Origin: Planktothrix sp. GU0601_MAG3
GTDB taxonomy: Bacteria > Cyanobacteriota > Cyanobacteriia > Cyanobacteriales > Microcoleaceae
Assembly: GCA_035193785.1 (NCBI GenBank)
Contig: CP136572.1
Location: 192,001 to 256,000 of the forward strand
DNA length: 64,000 nt
Direction of reading: 5' to 3'
Part shown: one piece after another, positions 50,370 to 61,812 of the stretch
How positions within the stretch are numbered: the stretch's first letter is position 1
How the letters are laid out: the number at the start of each line of letters is the position of its first letter
Program-made: the position numbers and the translations under genes
The notes under the pieces: model-generated
Seen by the model: only the letters and a program-made list of their open reading frames with translations
What the model was told of the DNA's origin: nothing
The model's database searches: none

Positions 50370-52990
50370 ATGCTAAATTTTTACTTTGATCCAGAAACCG
50401 ATACCCACAAATCCTTTGAGTTACCTGGCGCTCGTCCTCACTATAACCCTGACCGTCCGGGTCAAGTAGAACATATTTTTCTGGACTTAGTTCTCGATAT
50501 TCCTAATCAAAGTTTTCAAGGAACTTGTACCCTACATTTGAATCCGGTTAAAAGTGGCATAGAAACCTTAACATTAGATGCGATAAACTTAGAAATAAAA
50601 GAGGTAAAAATTGAGAAAAATCCGCAGGAATTTGACTATGATGGCGAACAATTACAGATTTATCTGAAGCAACCCACAACCGTCAATCAATTAATTAAAA
50701 TTGTCATTAATTATTCTGTCACTAATCCCCAACGCGGGCTTTATTTTATTAGTCCCAATAAAGATTATCCTAACAAACCGATTCAAGTTTGGACACAGGG
50801 AGAAGATGAAGATTCTCGCTTTTGGTTTCCCTGCTTTGACTACCCCGGACAATTAGCGACTTCAGAAATTCGGGTACAAGTTCCTAAACAATATTTAGCT
50901 ATTTCCAATGGGGAATTAATTAATACCGAAACCAAAGGCAAAACTAAAATTTATCATTGGTCACAAAAACAAGTGCATCCCACCTATTTAATGACCTTAG
51001 CGGTGGGAGATTTTGCCGAAATTAAAGACGAATGGAATGGCATTCCCGTTTTATATTATGTTGAGAAAAATCGCCAAGAAGATGCTTTACGGAGCATGGG
51101 AAAAACTCCGAAAATGATTGAGTTTTTCTCTAAATATTTTGGGTATGTCTATCCCTATCCTAAATATGCTCAAGTTTGTGTGGATGATTTCATTTTTGGC
51201 GGGATGGAAAATACCTCAACTACCCTATTAACCGATCGCTGTTTATTAGATGAACGAGCTACCCTAGATAATCGTAACACAGAAAGTTTAGTTGCCCATG
51301 AATTAGCCCATCAATGGTTCGGGGATTTGGTAGTAATTAAACATTGGTCACACGCCTGGATTAAAGAAGGTATGGCGACCTATACGGAGGTATTATGGAC
51401 GGAACAGGAATATGGCAAAGATGACGCGGCTTATTACCGTTTAAATCAAGCCAGAAACTATTTTTCTGAGGACAGTTTCTCGCTATCGTCGCCCCATTGT
51501 TACCCATATTTATCGGGAAGCAATTGAACTTTACGATCGCCATTTATATGAAAAAGGCGCTTGTGTTTATCATCTAATTAGAACTGAATTAGGAGACGAA
51601 CTATTCCAAAAAGCGATTCAAACTTTTGTTCAGGATAATGCTCATAAAACCGTAGAAACCATTGATTTATTACGCGCCCTAGAAAAATCAACCGGAGCTA
51701 ATTTACTCCCCCTATTTGATCAATATGTATTCCGAGGCGGACATCCTGATTATAAAGTCTCCTATAGTTGGGATAATCATAATAAATTAGCCAAAATCAC
51801 GATTAAACAAAATCAAGCAAAAGATAGCGAGAAACTCAGCGAGAAAAACCTATTTGATTTAAAAATACCGATTGGTTTTGGATATAAACCCGATAAAAAA
51901 TCCCCAGAAACGCCGGGAAACTTTAAAACCTTTACGGTGCAAGTTCATGAAAAAGAACAAACCTTCTATTTTCCCTTAGAAGAAAAACCCGCCTTTATTA
52001 GTTTTGATGTAAATAATAATATCCTCAAAACCCTGACTTTAGATTATGCTGTGGCTGAATTGAAAGCCCAATTGCACTATGATCCTGATCCTATTTCTCG
52101 GATTTATGCTGCTAAAGCCTTAGCTAAAAAAGGTGGGTTAGAAGCAGTTAAAGCCCTGGCAAATGCTTTAAAAAATGATGGTTTTTGGGGGGTTCGGGTA
52201 GAAGTTGCTAAACAATTAGTGAGGGTAAAATTAGATCAAGTTTTTGAGGGATTAGTTGAAGGATTAAATGATCAGGATGCTCGGGTCAGACGGGCGGTGA
52301 TTCATAGTTTAGCTAAACTGAAAACCACAGAAAGTTATCAAGTCCTAAAACCCCTTTTAGAAAAAGGAGATCCCAGTTATTTAGTGGAAGCGACCACCGC
52401 TGCCGCCTTGGGAGAAATTGCTGCAACCCATCTGGAGGATAAACATTTAGTTGAACAAACAGTTAAACTATTAAAATCCGTCCTCAAAGAACGGCAAGGT
52501 TGGAACGAAGTGGTGCGTTCCGGGGCAATTTCAGGATTGAGTAAAATCAAAACCTCAGAAGATGCCTTAAACTTGATTTTGAAGTATACCGCCCCCGGTA
52601 TTCCCCAGGCTTTGCGATTAAATTCGATTCGAGCTTTAGGGAGTATTTCCACGGGTCAAACCCCGACCAATACCGAGCGAATTGTACAACGGTTAGAGGA
52701 ATTATCCAATGAAACCTTTTTCCTAACTCAAGTGGCCGTTGTCGCCTCCTTAGAACAGATGGAAACCCCGAAAGCGATGGATGTGCTGCAATCTTTAGCA
52801 GAACAAACCCTAGATGGACGAGTTCGCCGTCGAGGGGAAGAAGCCATTCAGACGGTTTCAGGGAAAAATCGGTTCAGAACCAGCGTTGAAAAAACTGCGG
52901 GAGGAACTCGACAAAATTAAAAAGGAAAATCAAGACTTGAGAAGTCGTCTGGAAACCTTGGAAGCCAAAAGTAAATCCAGCAAATCGTAA
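50370..52990 (+). CDS. pepN: M1 aminopeptidase with HEAT repeats (apparent frameshifts at 51475 and 52855)
   Basis: GGMEN, HELAHQWFG...E, YEKG; HEAT repeats and a coiled-coil tail. Confidence 0.93.
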
Positions 52991-53493
52991 AACCGGATGC
53001 TAGGCGCGATCAATTTCTCGATCTTGAAGGGTAGAAACCTTGTATAGAACTTATTTCCCCCGTATTGAATAATAATTCAACTTAACGACGTCAAAAACTT
53101 AACGTGATTTAACGTTTAATTGAGTCACAAAAGGAGGGATTTGAGTTAACTTACAGTAAAGAACAATCCGAAAGGCTAGATAGTTGTACCAAACCCCCTA
53201 CTCGATCAATTCTCCGTCGGTGAATGAACGATGATCAGATTTCTTTTTTGACAAACCGTGCAATTTTTGTCAAAGAGGCTACAATCGAAAAGGTCTTGGC
53301 GTCATCCAATGATCACCTTTGAATATTTGCCTTCACTATGCCAGGACTGAAGTGGGTTTTAATCACTCACTCGGTAACTCAGTGGGTAAATATTTCAGCC
53401 TGGATTCGGTGTGTCACTGGTTCAGGGGTCTATGAATAGACATCTTTATTCCGTAATTAATTTTTACTAATTGAGGAGCATGAGGAACGCGGC

Positions 53494-54733
53494 ATGACCC
53501 ACAGTAACAAAGGACTCGCAACCACAATAATTTCACTTGAGAAAGAAGTTGATGTCCCTGACAATAAAAAGAAATCCTCCATCATTATGCAGGAGAAAAC
53601 AGTTGATGTCCCTGACAATAAAAAGAAATCCTCCATCACCGATTTAGATGATATTGATGAACCAGATGAAGAAGATCTAATTGATGAAGAAGAAATCTTA
53701 GGGGATGCGATTGGAGAGGAAGATGACGAGAGCAAGACTCCCAAAGGAGCGAAATCTCGGCGTCGAGCTCAGACCAAGAAAAAACACTATACAGAAGATT
53801 CGATTCGTCTCTATCTGCAAGAAATTGGTCGGATTCGATTATTACGCGCGGATGAAGAAATTGAACTCGCTCGTAAAATTGCCGACCTACTCGAACTAGA
53901 GCGAATTCGAGAGAAACTGATGGAACATTACGACCGCGAACCCAATGAGCAGGAATGGGCGAGCGCCGTTGAAATGAGGTTGCCAGAATTCCGCCGCCGT
54001 CTGTATATTGGTCGTCGGGCAAAAGATAAGATGGTACAGTCTAACCTCAGACTGGTAGTTTCCATTGCCAAAAAATACATGAATCGGGGTCTGTCCTTCC
54101 AAGACTTGATTCAAGAAGGCAGTTTAGGATTAATTCGCGCCGCCGAGAAATTTGATCACGAAAAAGGTTACAAATTTTCCACCTATGCGACCTGGTGGAT
54201 TCGTCAAGCGATTACCCGGGCCATTGCCGATCAATCTCGGACTATTCGGCTTCCGGTTCACCTTTATGAAACCATTTCTCGGATTAAAAAAACTACCAAG
54301 TTATTGTCTCAAGAAATGGGTCGTAAACCCACGGAAGAAGAAATCGCAACTCGCATGGAAATGACCATCGAGAAGTTACGGTTTATTGCTAAATCAGCCC
54401 AACTTCCGATTTCTTTAGAAACACCGATTGGGAAAGAGGAAGATTCTCGTTTAGGAGATTTTATTGAATCCGATGGCGAAACTCCTGAAGATCAAGTTTC
54501 TAAGAATCTATTACGAGAAGACTTAGAAAATGTATTGGATACCCTCAGTCCCAGAGAAACGGGATGTACTGCGTCTGCGTTATGGGTTAGATGATGGTCG
54601 GATGAAGACATTAGAAGAAATTGGTCAGATTTTTAATGTTACCCGGGAACGGATTCGTCAAATAGAGGCGAAGGCGTTAAGAAAGTTACGTCATCCTAAC
54701 CGCAATAGCATTTTGAAGGAGTATATCCGTTAA
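53494..54733 (+). CDS. sigA: Principal RNA polymerase sigma factor (apparent frameshift at 54556-54560)
   Basis: [57 protein letters not shown]. Confidence 0.97.
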
Positions 54734-54981
54734 TTGCTGTTATTTCTGTTCGGGTTGAAACAATTGGATTCTGAAGCATAATATTGTTGTTATTCCTCAA
54801 CGGAGGATAATTCAGAGTGCAATTTATCAACCCGTTTTTTGAAAGATTAAAGTTAAAAATTAACTGTTGAAACAGACTTTAAAAGATATTAAGTTTCGGC
54901 AGATTTTTGTTATTTATATATATAATAACCCCTTTTTTCTTAACCAGCGATACAATTAAATTAAAGCAAGTTTAATAACTT

Positions 54982-55239
54982 ATGAATGCCATTTATAAAC
55001 TCCCCTTAATTTTAGAACCTCAACCCGAAGGCGGTTATACAATTACTTGTCCTCTTTTGCCCAATTTAATTACTGAAGCTGATACTTTAGAAGAAGTTAT
55101 TCCAAATGTATCCGATGCTTTACAAGCTTTAATTGAAGCCTATCAAGATTTAAACAAACCCTTACCTGCTGTTTTAAAGCCGATAGGAGAAGATATGACC
55201 CTGTGGACAGAAAGTTTAATTCCCATTGGCACAAAATGA
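54982..55239 (+). CDS. hicB: HicB-family antitoxin
   Basis: EPQPEGGYTITCPLLPNLITEADTLEE. Confidence 0.8.
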   Translation: MNAIYKLPLILEPQPEGGYTITCPLLPNLITEADTLEEVIPNVSDALQALIEAYQDLNKPLPAVLKPIGEDMTLWTESLIPIGTK

Positions 55240-55301
55240 AATATAGAGAGGTAGCACAAAAATTAAAACAAATATATTTCTTCTTTTTTCGGGTGTGTTG
55301 A
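55236..55301 (+). pseudogene. Truncated HicA toxin remnant
   Basis: ATGA overlap with hicB; MKYREVAQKLKQ followed by unrelated sequence and a stop after 21 codons. Confidence 0.6.
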
Positions 55302-55417
55302 GAAATAGATGCGATCGCTTAATTTCTATCTTTAGGTAGGGTAGGGATTAAAAACCCAGGTTTCTCAAAGAAAGTAGGGTTTTGGGATGTGGGATGTTCT
55401 AAAGTTTCTTTCATTTT

Positions 55418-56897
55418 TTAGCATTGCCATCCTTGCTGTTTAACATATTCTTCAGCTTCAGATTTAATTTTTATAATCTTGTTTTCCCATTTTTCTAAGT
55501 TGTAATTTCGATCTCGTTGCTTTTGCTCTGAGGGGAGAGGAAGTCCATCTGAACCATATCTACCATATTCCCTTGATAACCCTTTAAAAAATACAGTCCC
55601 TTCATTGGGAAGAATATTGCTGAGTCTTAACCATTTTTCACAGTAGGTTTGCCAACAGAAAACATGATCATGAATTTCACAAGGTTTAAGACAACGCAGA
55701 TATTTAACCGAAACTTGAGAAGAAACCAAATAGTTCTAGCTCAATCTTAGGATTTTGAGAACTATTAAATAAACGGGTTTCACTGTCTCCCCCTCGGAAA
55801 AACTCAACAATAAAACAATCCCCAAAATCAAAAATACAAACTTCCGTATCGCTACCATCTTCTATTAAAAGGTCAACATTTTTAGGAAGATATTGACCAA
55901 GAGCGTTAATAGATTTTTGGGGTAATAAAATGCGAATTCTTTCAAAGCGATCACTATAATTTGCCCAAAAACTTTTACGAGATCGCCACTGATTTTGTTC
56001 CCAGTCTAGTATATTTAATTCATTATTCTTTTCTAATAAAAGCTCAACAATATTTTGAAAATCATTATAATTAACTGCACCGATCCATTTTCTTAATGCT
56101 TCTTTAGCTTTTCCTGAAAGCTGATGCCATTTACTATTAGAATTTTGGGGTTTAAAATTCAATTTTACCCACTCTACTAAATTCGGCAAATCTCCAGCTA
56201 TTTCGGCTGATATGTTAGTTAGTAAATAATCCGTTGCTTTAATTTGCTGTTGAGACGGCATTTCTTCAAGACAATTGATTAACCAAGTCTCGTATTGAAT
56301 ATCACGAGAAGATACAAAAACTTCTGCAACTGTTGTTAGCGCATCTTCAGCTTTTTTTATCCAGTGGGGTAACTGATAGGTTTTTAATAAATCTTTGGGG
56401 GTTATCTTAAACGTCAAACTTAATTTTGCTAAATCAGCAGGAGCTTTTTTTAAACTTTCAATAATTTTGAGCGTTACCAAGTCTTGAAAATCCGCTTGAT
56501 CTAAGAAATCCACAGAAAAGGAATTAACCAAAGATTCTGAGATAATTCTTTTTGTCTGCTTGCCCTCATCTCCATAATATAAAACTAAATTCCACAGCAA
56601 ACGATTTTTTAACCATGGTTTTTGTTTGGCTATATTCCAAATCAATTGACATAGTTTTAAATTATTATCAGATTTAAAATAAACTAAATAAAGCCATTCT
56701 AAATTAGTGATTTTATCTATTTGATTGTTTTCAATATCTTTTGATATTTCCTCAAATGTTCGAGGTTTAATGGGATTTGTAATTGGTGGTATAATAGGTC
56801 GTGGAGGTTCTTGTTTGCCTAGAAACTCTGAAAATTCTAGGAGTTGAGAAGGTTTTAAGGGAGAGAAATCAGGTAAATGTAAACTGGAAAAAATCAT
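55418..56897 (-). CDS. zorC: EH-signature domain protein, ZorC-like (~492 aa; apparent frameshift near 55710-55726)
   Basis: RKSFWANYS...FDFGDCFIVEFF...HVFCWQ pattern; directly downstream of zorA/zorB-like genes. Confidence 0.75.
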
Positions 56898-56984
56898 GAT
56901 TGTAACTCCTAAAATTTGATTTAGTCTTTGTAGGGGCAATCCCCCCGTGGTTGCCCCAATCCGTGAAACGCTTGCTATAGTTAT

Positions 56985-57653
56985 TTACTTTGATTGAGAT
57001 TTTGATGATTTTAAAAACTGATCCCAATCAATTTGTTTAAGTTGGAAGCGAAAGACAACCCTGCGATCGCGTGGGTCATCAATTTTTTGATTAGCTTCTA
57101 CTTCTCCCCGTCCTGCGGCCATTAGTTTGGTTTTAAATTTAGATTTAGTTTCAAAGGTAAATCCTTTTGAGAAGATATAGTTATAAACAGATAACGAACG
57201 TTTTAAGCTCAAATCCATATTATATTGATCATCTCCTAGAGAACTTGTTTGACCCTCAACGATAACGCGAGTTACGGAGTCTTCAAAAGCAGGGTTAGAA
57301 AAAATAACCTTACTATATTGCGGAATAAATTCTCGCAAAAACTTTTTGCCTTCCGGTTTTAATTCTGCACTACCTTTATCAAAAAGAATCGCATCAGGAA
57401 TACTCACATCTCCTGTTTTTTGATCAATTTCAATGATCTTTCCTTGTGGTAATCCTTCTAAGACTGCAATTAATTGTTGAGGAAGTTCACTCACTCGATC
57501 TTGAACTTGTTTGAGTTGCACCATTACCGTAATAAATAATAGGGCAAAAAACATTAATAACCCCGACATTAAATCCCCGATGGAAAGATAAACTCCAGAA
57601 TCTTGTTCTTCCTGAAGTTCTGTTTCTAATTCTAATTCTGATAAATCACTCAT
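56985..57653 (-). CDS. zorB: MotB/OmpA-like protein, ZorB-like
   Basis: SIGDLMSGLLMFF transmembrane helix with conserved Asp; LFDKGSAEL, NMDLSLKRS, DRRVVF. Confidence 0.88.
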   Translation of the reverse strand: MSDLSELELETELQEEQDSGVYLSIGDLMSGLLMFFALLFITVMVQLKQVQDRVSELPQQLIAVLEGLPQGKIIEIDQKTGDVSIPDAILFDKGSAELKPEGKKFLREFIPQYSKVIFSNPAFEDSVTRVIVEGQTSSLGDDQYNMDLSLKRSLSVYNYIFSKGFTFETKSKFKTKLMAAGRGEVEANQKIDDPRDRRVVFRFQLKQIDWDQFLKSSKSQSK

Positions 57654-57655
57654 GA

Positions 57656-59530
57656 TTAATTTTTCTCCGTAGTATTTCTAAGATCGTTAGTAGCAGAAAC
57701 CAGATATTCAGCCACACCCATAAATTGATGGGAAGTAGAGTTCAATTGTTGACAAATAGTAGCCGTTGCTGTATCAAAATCCTGAATGCGGTTACTATAA
57801 ACTTCATGCGCTTGTTGGAGATAACCTGCTAACTGTTGATTTCCAGCTTGTAAAGTGGCATTAAATTGAGTAGCCATATTTTGATATTGAGTAGCCATAT
57901 TTTGATATTGACCTGAAACTTGATTCGCTTCATCCCCAATTGTTCGGGCTAATTCTTGTAACTGTCCGAGACGTTCACTGGAGGTTAAACCCAATGTATT
58001 TGATAATTTAGAAACATCTTTAACGGTTTCCTTAATTGTGTTCATGCTGGTTTGAATTTCTTCGCTCATGTGTTGGGAATCTTCTATAAAAACGGTTTTC
58101 AAAGAGTTGACAACCTGCGCTAAACCGTCCCGTTGTTCTCCCAAAGTTTCCTGTAACAGTTGATTTTGTTCAGTAAAGAAAGTGTTCAGAGACTCTTGAT
58201 ATTCATTACGGAATTTTTTCAATTCTTCCTCAAAATCAATGCGAATTCCTTTAAAGGTATCGGCGGCTTTTTCCGCACTTAATTCAAAAGCTTGACGCTG
58301 GGCTTCCATTCCTTCAATACTGGTATTAACCGCCCGTTCAATTTCAAGAGAAACTTTCTGCATCACACCTTCTGTATCCGTGCGAAATTGTCCTAAAATC
58401 TCCTGCAAATTAACAGCAAAGTCTTTAAGTTCTACTAATGTAGTTTTCTGGAATTCCTGAATAGTAGAAATAGCACTCGATAAACTTTCTGTAATTCCTC
58501 CTAAAGATGCTCTTAACTCTCGCACGGCTAATGATGCTTCCTTGCTTAAGGCTGCACTTTCATCTAACCGCTTGACAACAGGTTCAATTAACTGGGTTTC
58601 CATTTGATGAATTAAGGTTTCTACCGTTTGACCTTGTTGTTTAATTAAGGTTTCTACCGTTTGACCTTGACTTTCTTGTGTTATCCGTAGTTGTTGTAAC
58701 TCCTGATATAATTCCTGATACAAAGGTTTTATATCTTGCTGAACAACTACTCTAAAACATTTGCCAGTTGCTTGACCAATTTGATCAGCACTAAGGTTAC
58801 TAATACCTTTTAAACTATTAGCAACATTTTTCAATGATTCTACCAATTCTTGTTGATTAGATTGTTGATTACCCACACGAGAAAGAAGTCTAACAGTAGT
58901 TTCTAAAATCGCAATTTCTCTGAGTTGACTTCTTAAATCATCCCGTCGTTGTTCCCGTCCCCATTTCCCCAAAGCCAGAAATAACATAAAAAAGCTAGAA
59001 GTTCCTAAACCGAATAGGGAAGTAACAAAAGCTAACTTCATTCCTTCCATCAGTTCTGCACTAGCTTTGAGTAGGTTATCTGCTTCTGAAATATTATCAA
59101 GATTAATATTTTGCAGTCCTAAATAAATCCCCGCAAAGGTTCCTAAAACCCCCAATGCGGTTAATAAAGTGGGTGCAAAATAAACAGGGCCGCGGGGTAC
59201 AGGTTGGGATAGAATAGAGGGGGCTGATAAAATGATAAATTTTTGTCTATCATTTTCATCTTTGATGAGTTGTTCACTTTGAATTAAAAAGTGTCTTTGT
59301 AGCCATTGTCTAATCTTTTTATTGGTTGGTAAATCCAATTTTTCTTCTAGTTTATTATTGTTCTTCAAGAATTTAATCCCATCTTGAGTATCCTGGAAGT
59401 TCGTAAAATATTTAAGAATAGAAAGAATTTCTAATACGAAAGCTATTACAGCGAATACAATAATAACCCAAATAAAATAATCACTAACTGGATCACCTGA
59501 ATTTAAACTTTTTCTAAACCATTCCCACAT
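57656..59530 (-). CDS. zorA: MotA-like protein with long helical tail, ZorA-like
   Basis: PTLLTALGVLGTFAGIYLGL...GMKLAFVTSLFG (3 TM) plus a ~430-aa Q/E/L-rich tail. Confidence 0.88.
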   Translation of the reverse strand: MWEWFRKSLNSGDPVSDYFIWVIIVFAVIAFVLEILSILKYFTNFQDTQDGIKFLKNNNKLEEKLDLPTNKKIRQWLQRHFLIQSEQLIKDENDRQKFIILSAPSILSQPVPRGPVYFAPTLLTALGVLGTFAGIYLGLQNINLDNISEADNLLKASAELMEGMKLAFVTSLFGLGTSSFFMLFLALGKWGREQRRDDLRSQLREIAILETTVRLLSRVGNQQSNQQELVESLKNVANSLKGISNLSADQIGQATGKCFRVVVQQDIKPLYQELYQELQQLRITQESQGQTVETLIKQQGQTVETLIHQMETQLIEPVVKRLDESAALSKEASLAVRELRASLGGITESLSSAISTIQEFQKTTLVELKDFAVNLQEILGQFRTDTEGVMQKVSLEIERAVNTSIEGMEAQRQAFELSAEKAADTFKGIRIDFEEELKKFRNEYQESLNTFFTEQNQLLQETLGEQRDGLAQVVNSLKTVFIEDSQHMSEEIQTSMNTIKETVKDVSKLSNTLGLTSSERLGQLQELARTIGDEANQVSGQYQNMATQYQNMATQFNATLQAGNQQLAGYLQQAHEVYSNRIQDFDTATATICQQLNSTSHQFMGVAEYLVSATNDLRNTTEKN

Positions 59531-59557
59531 TGCTAATTCTCCTAGTATTCAAGTCAG

Positions 59558-59944
59558 TTAATTTTGGGTAAATCTTTTAATCTCAGACTCAGATAAAAAT
59601 TCCTGAGCAACTCGCACAGGAAGGTGAGCCGCATCGGTAACACCATTAACAGGTTTTCGCAGAATTAAGCCATAAAGGGGTTCTCCTGTTTCAGCATCGT
59701 TATCAACTTCTAAAGAAGGTTCTAGTGCTTGTTCATCTATTTTGAGGTAGACTTTTTCCGGTGCATAATTGTGTAAAAGTCTAACTTGCGATCGCGTTTT
59801 TAAATTACGCAAAGAAACTGTTAAACCCGCAGAATTTCCAAACATAAACCGGGCTTCTTTCCAAGCATGATTGATAGCTACAATTTCTGCAAGAAGCTGT
59901 TCTAAGCTAGGTCGCAATAAAAAATTATCTGGGAGAGAAGACAT
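59558..59944 (-). CDS. Hypothetical protein, first gene of the zor operon
   Basis: ~128-aa ORF ending 27 nt before zorA; no family recognised. Confidence 0.75.
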   Translation of the reverse strand: MSSLPDNFLLRPSLEQLLAEIVAINHAWKEARFMFGNSAGLTVSLRNLKTRSQVRLLHNYAPEKVYLKIDEQALEPSLEVDNDAETGEPLYGLILRKPVNGVTDAAHLPVRVAQEFLSESEIKRFTQN

Positions 59945-60069
59945 TTTTAATATCGGTGATACTCCTATAAACATTGCTATCTATGAATCTGAGATTGATA
60001 ATAATTCATAATTCCAGATTTGTAAATCAGTGGTATTACGGAACTTTAATGTTTTTTTGGTTACATACC

Positions 60070-60655
60070 CTAACGAATAGTTTTTGTTTCTGCGGGTATA
60101 ACATCTTGTATCGGTTCAAATCCGACATAATCAAGAATATAACGTGATCCATCTTGCAGTTCAAAAACATCTCCTGTTGTCACATTCCGAGGGTGAGAAC
60201 GTCCAGGGGGAGATTGTAATACTTTAATTTGAGGATGTGACCAATTATTGATTAAGCTAGTTAGAATATAAGCTTCATTTAAACTTCGAGCTTGAACATC
60301 AGCAACATAAACTAAATTCTGCTGATTAATTAGTTCTATGGGTTGTACTCGATTCAGTTTCTATTTCACCTTCTGCTTGAAATTTTTTCAGCTTTTCAAC
60401 TGTTTTAGGTTCAGAAAATTTAGCAACTTCTTCACCATTATCTAAGGTTACAATATCTTGGGGAATCGGCGATCCTAATCTTTGACTTGTATAAACATAC
60501 CATTGAGGATTTTGTAAAACTTTAATCGTGGTGATCTCTTTTCCAGGGATCTCCCCCTCTTGCATTGCATTGGTTGAATTGCGATTACATCCTTGAATTA
60601 GTAGTAGAGTCACGGTCAAACAAGCTGCTAGAGCCGATTTTAACTGGAATTTCAT
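60070..60655 (-). CDS. Lipoprotein with putative YodL-like C-terminal domain (~194 aa; apparent frameshift at 60357-60361)
   Basis: Lipobox LIQGC. Repaired C-terminus YVADVQARSLNEAY...RNVTTGDVFELQDGSRYILDYVGFEPI. Confidence 0.65.
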
Positions 60656-60754
60656 GATTATCCCTGCCTTTAACATCAATGTTTTGAATTTAGCTTTAAT
60701 CATCTATTGCTACCCGATAACAAAATTACGCAAATTCTCAAAAAAAATTTTTAT

Positions 60755-60860
60755 TCATTCTAATTTAGAGGTAATCACCTCAATCGGACGCAATAGCTTA
60801 TTATCAACTCGAAATCCTTGACGAACAACTTTTGTAATGGTTTGAGGCGACCGATATTGA
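60755..60860 (-). pseudogene. 3' remnant of a GrpE-like gene
   Basis: Reads QTITKVVRQGFRVDNKLLRPIEVITSKLE* with no upstream coding body. Confidence 0.6.
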
Positions 60861-60931
60861 ATAGTTTTGGGATAAGAGTTTTTTTGTTAGAGAGTGATCG
60901 CCCTGGATTAAGCCCAAGCCGTGTAATAAAT

Positions 60932-60960
60932 TTGACAAAAATTCAAAAATTGATTAGGCT
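60932..60960 (+). promoter_or_regulatory. Sigma70-type promoter of hicA
   Basis: TTGACA-17 nt-TAGGCT. Confidence 0.55.
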
Positions 60961-60993
60961 AATTACTTAGCCCCTTAACCTAAAAAAAGCTTA

Positions 60994-61269
60994 ATGCCAA
61001 CAACCTTACACAAGTTGAACAGCAAGCAAAATAAGACACTTGAGGCAATCTTCAAAAATCCTGTCCCGGTGAGTATCGTCTGGACTGAGGTAGAAAGACT
61101 GCTTCAAGCGTTAGGAGGTCAAATCCAGCCTGGAGGAGGTTCACGGGTTAGCGTAGTGCTTAATGATACTGTAGGACACTTTCATAAACCCCACCCTAGA
61201 AAGGAGACAGATAAGGGCGCTGTGGTGGCTGTACGCAAATTCTTAAAAAATGCAGGCATTCAGCCATGA
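60994..61269 (+). CDS. hicA: HicA-family toxin
   Basis: WTEVERLLQALG...GGSRV...FHKPHP. Confidence 0.88.
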   Translation: MPTTLHKLNSKQNKTLEAIFKNPVPVSIVWTEVERLLQALGGQIQPGGGSRVSVVLNDTVGHFHKPHPRKETDKGAVVAVRKFLKNAGIQP

Positions 61270-61389
61270 TTACCTAAAGTAAGATAGGGGGGTGGGGTTA
61301 TCCGTCCCCCACTTTTATCTAAAAGAAAGTAAAACATTGAGAAGTGGCATCGAGTTTGGGGCAAACCATTCAAGAAGTTTAGGGGTAAA

Positions 61390-61635
61390 ATGATGATTTT
61401 ATTTAATCATAAAGGTTATGTGGGTTACGCTGAATTTGATGAAGAAGCAGGTATTTTTTCAGGTCAGGTGATTAATATTAGCCGAGATGTTGTGACTTTT
61501 TGGGGAGAAACCGTTGAGGAAAGCCAAAAAGAATTTATTATCTCTGTTGATGGTTACTTAGAGTTTTGTCAACAGCAAAATAGTTTACCAGAACCGCCAA
61601 ACAACAATCAAAATCAGGAATTCCAATTAAATTAA
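61390..61635 (+). CDS. hicB: HicB-family antitoxin (short, no C-terminal DNA-binding domain)
   Basis: HKGYVG.AEFDEEAGIFSGQV...VTFWGETVEE...SVDGYLEFC. Confidence 0.85.
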   Translation: MMILFNHKGYVGYAEFDEEAGIFSGQVINISRDVVTFWGETVEESQKEFIISVDGYLEFCQQQNSLPEPPNNNQNQEFQLN

Positions 61636-61812
61636 ATGATGTAATTTAATTTAATTGCAATCGAAGTTAATTAGCAAGCTGTTCATCAAACCTTCTGAAC
61701 GTTGTTCTGCACCCTTTATTTCTACTCTGTTCAGAAGATCAATGAGGCAAATCAGTTTTGTGCATTTTTACTCAAATTCAGGATCATTTTTAGTACCCTT
61801 GGTTTTTGTCTC

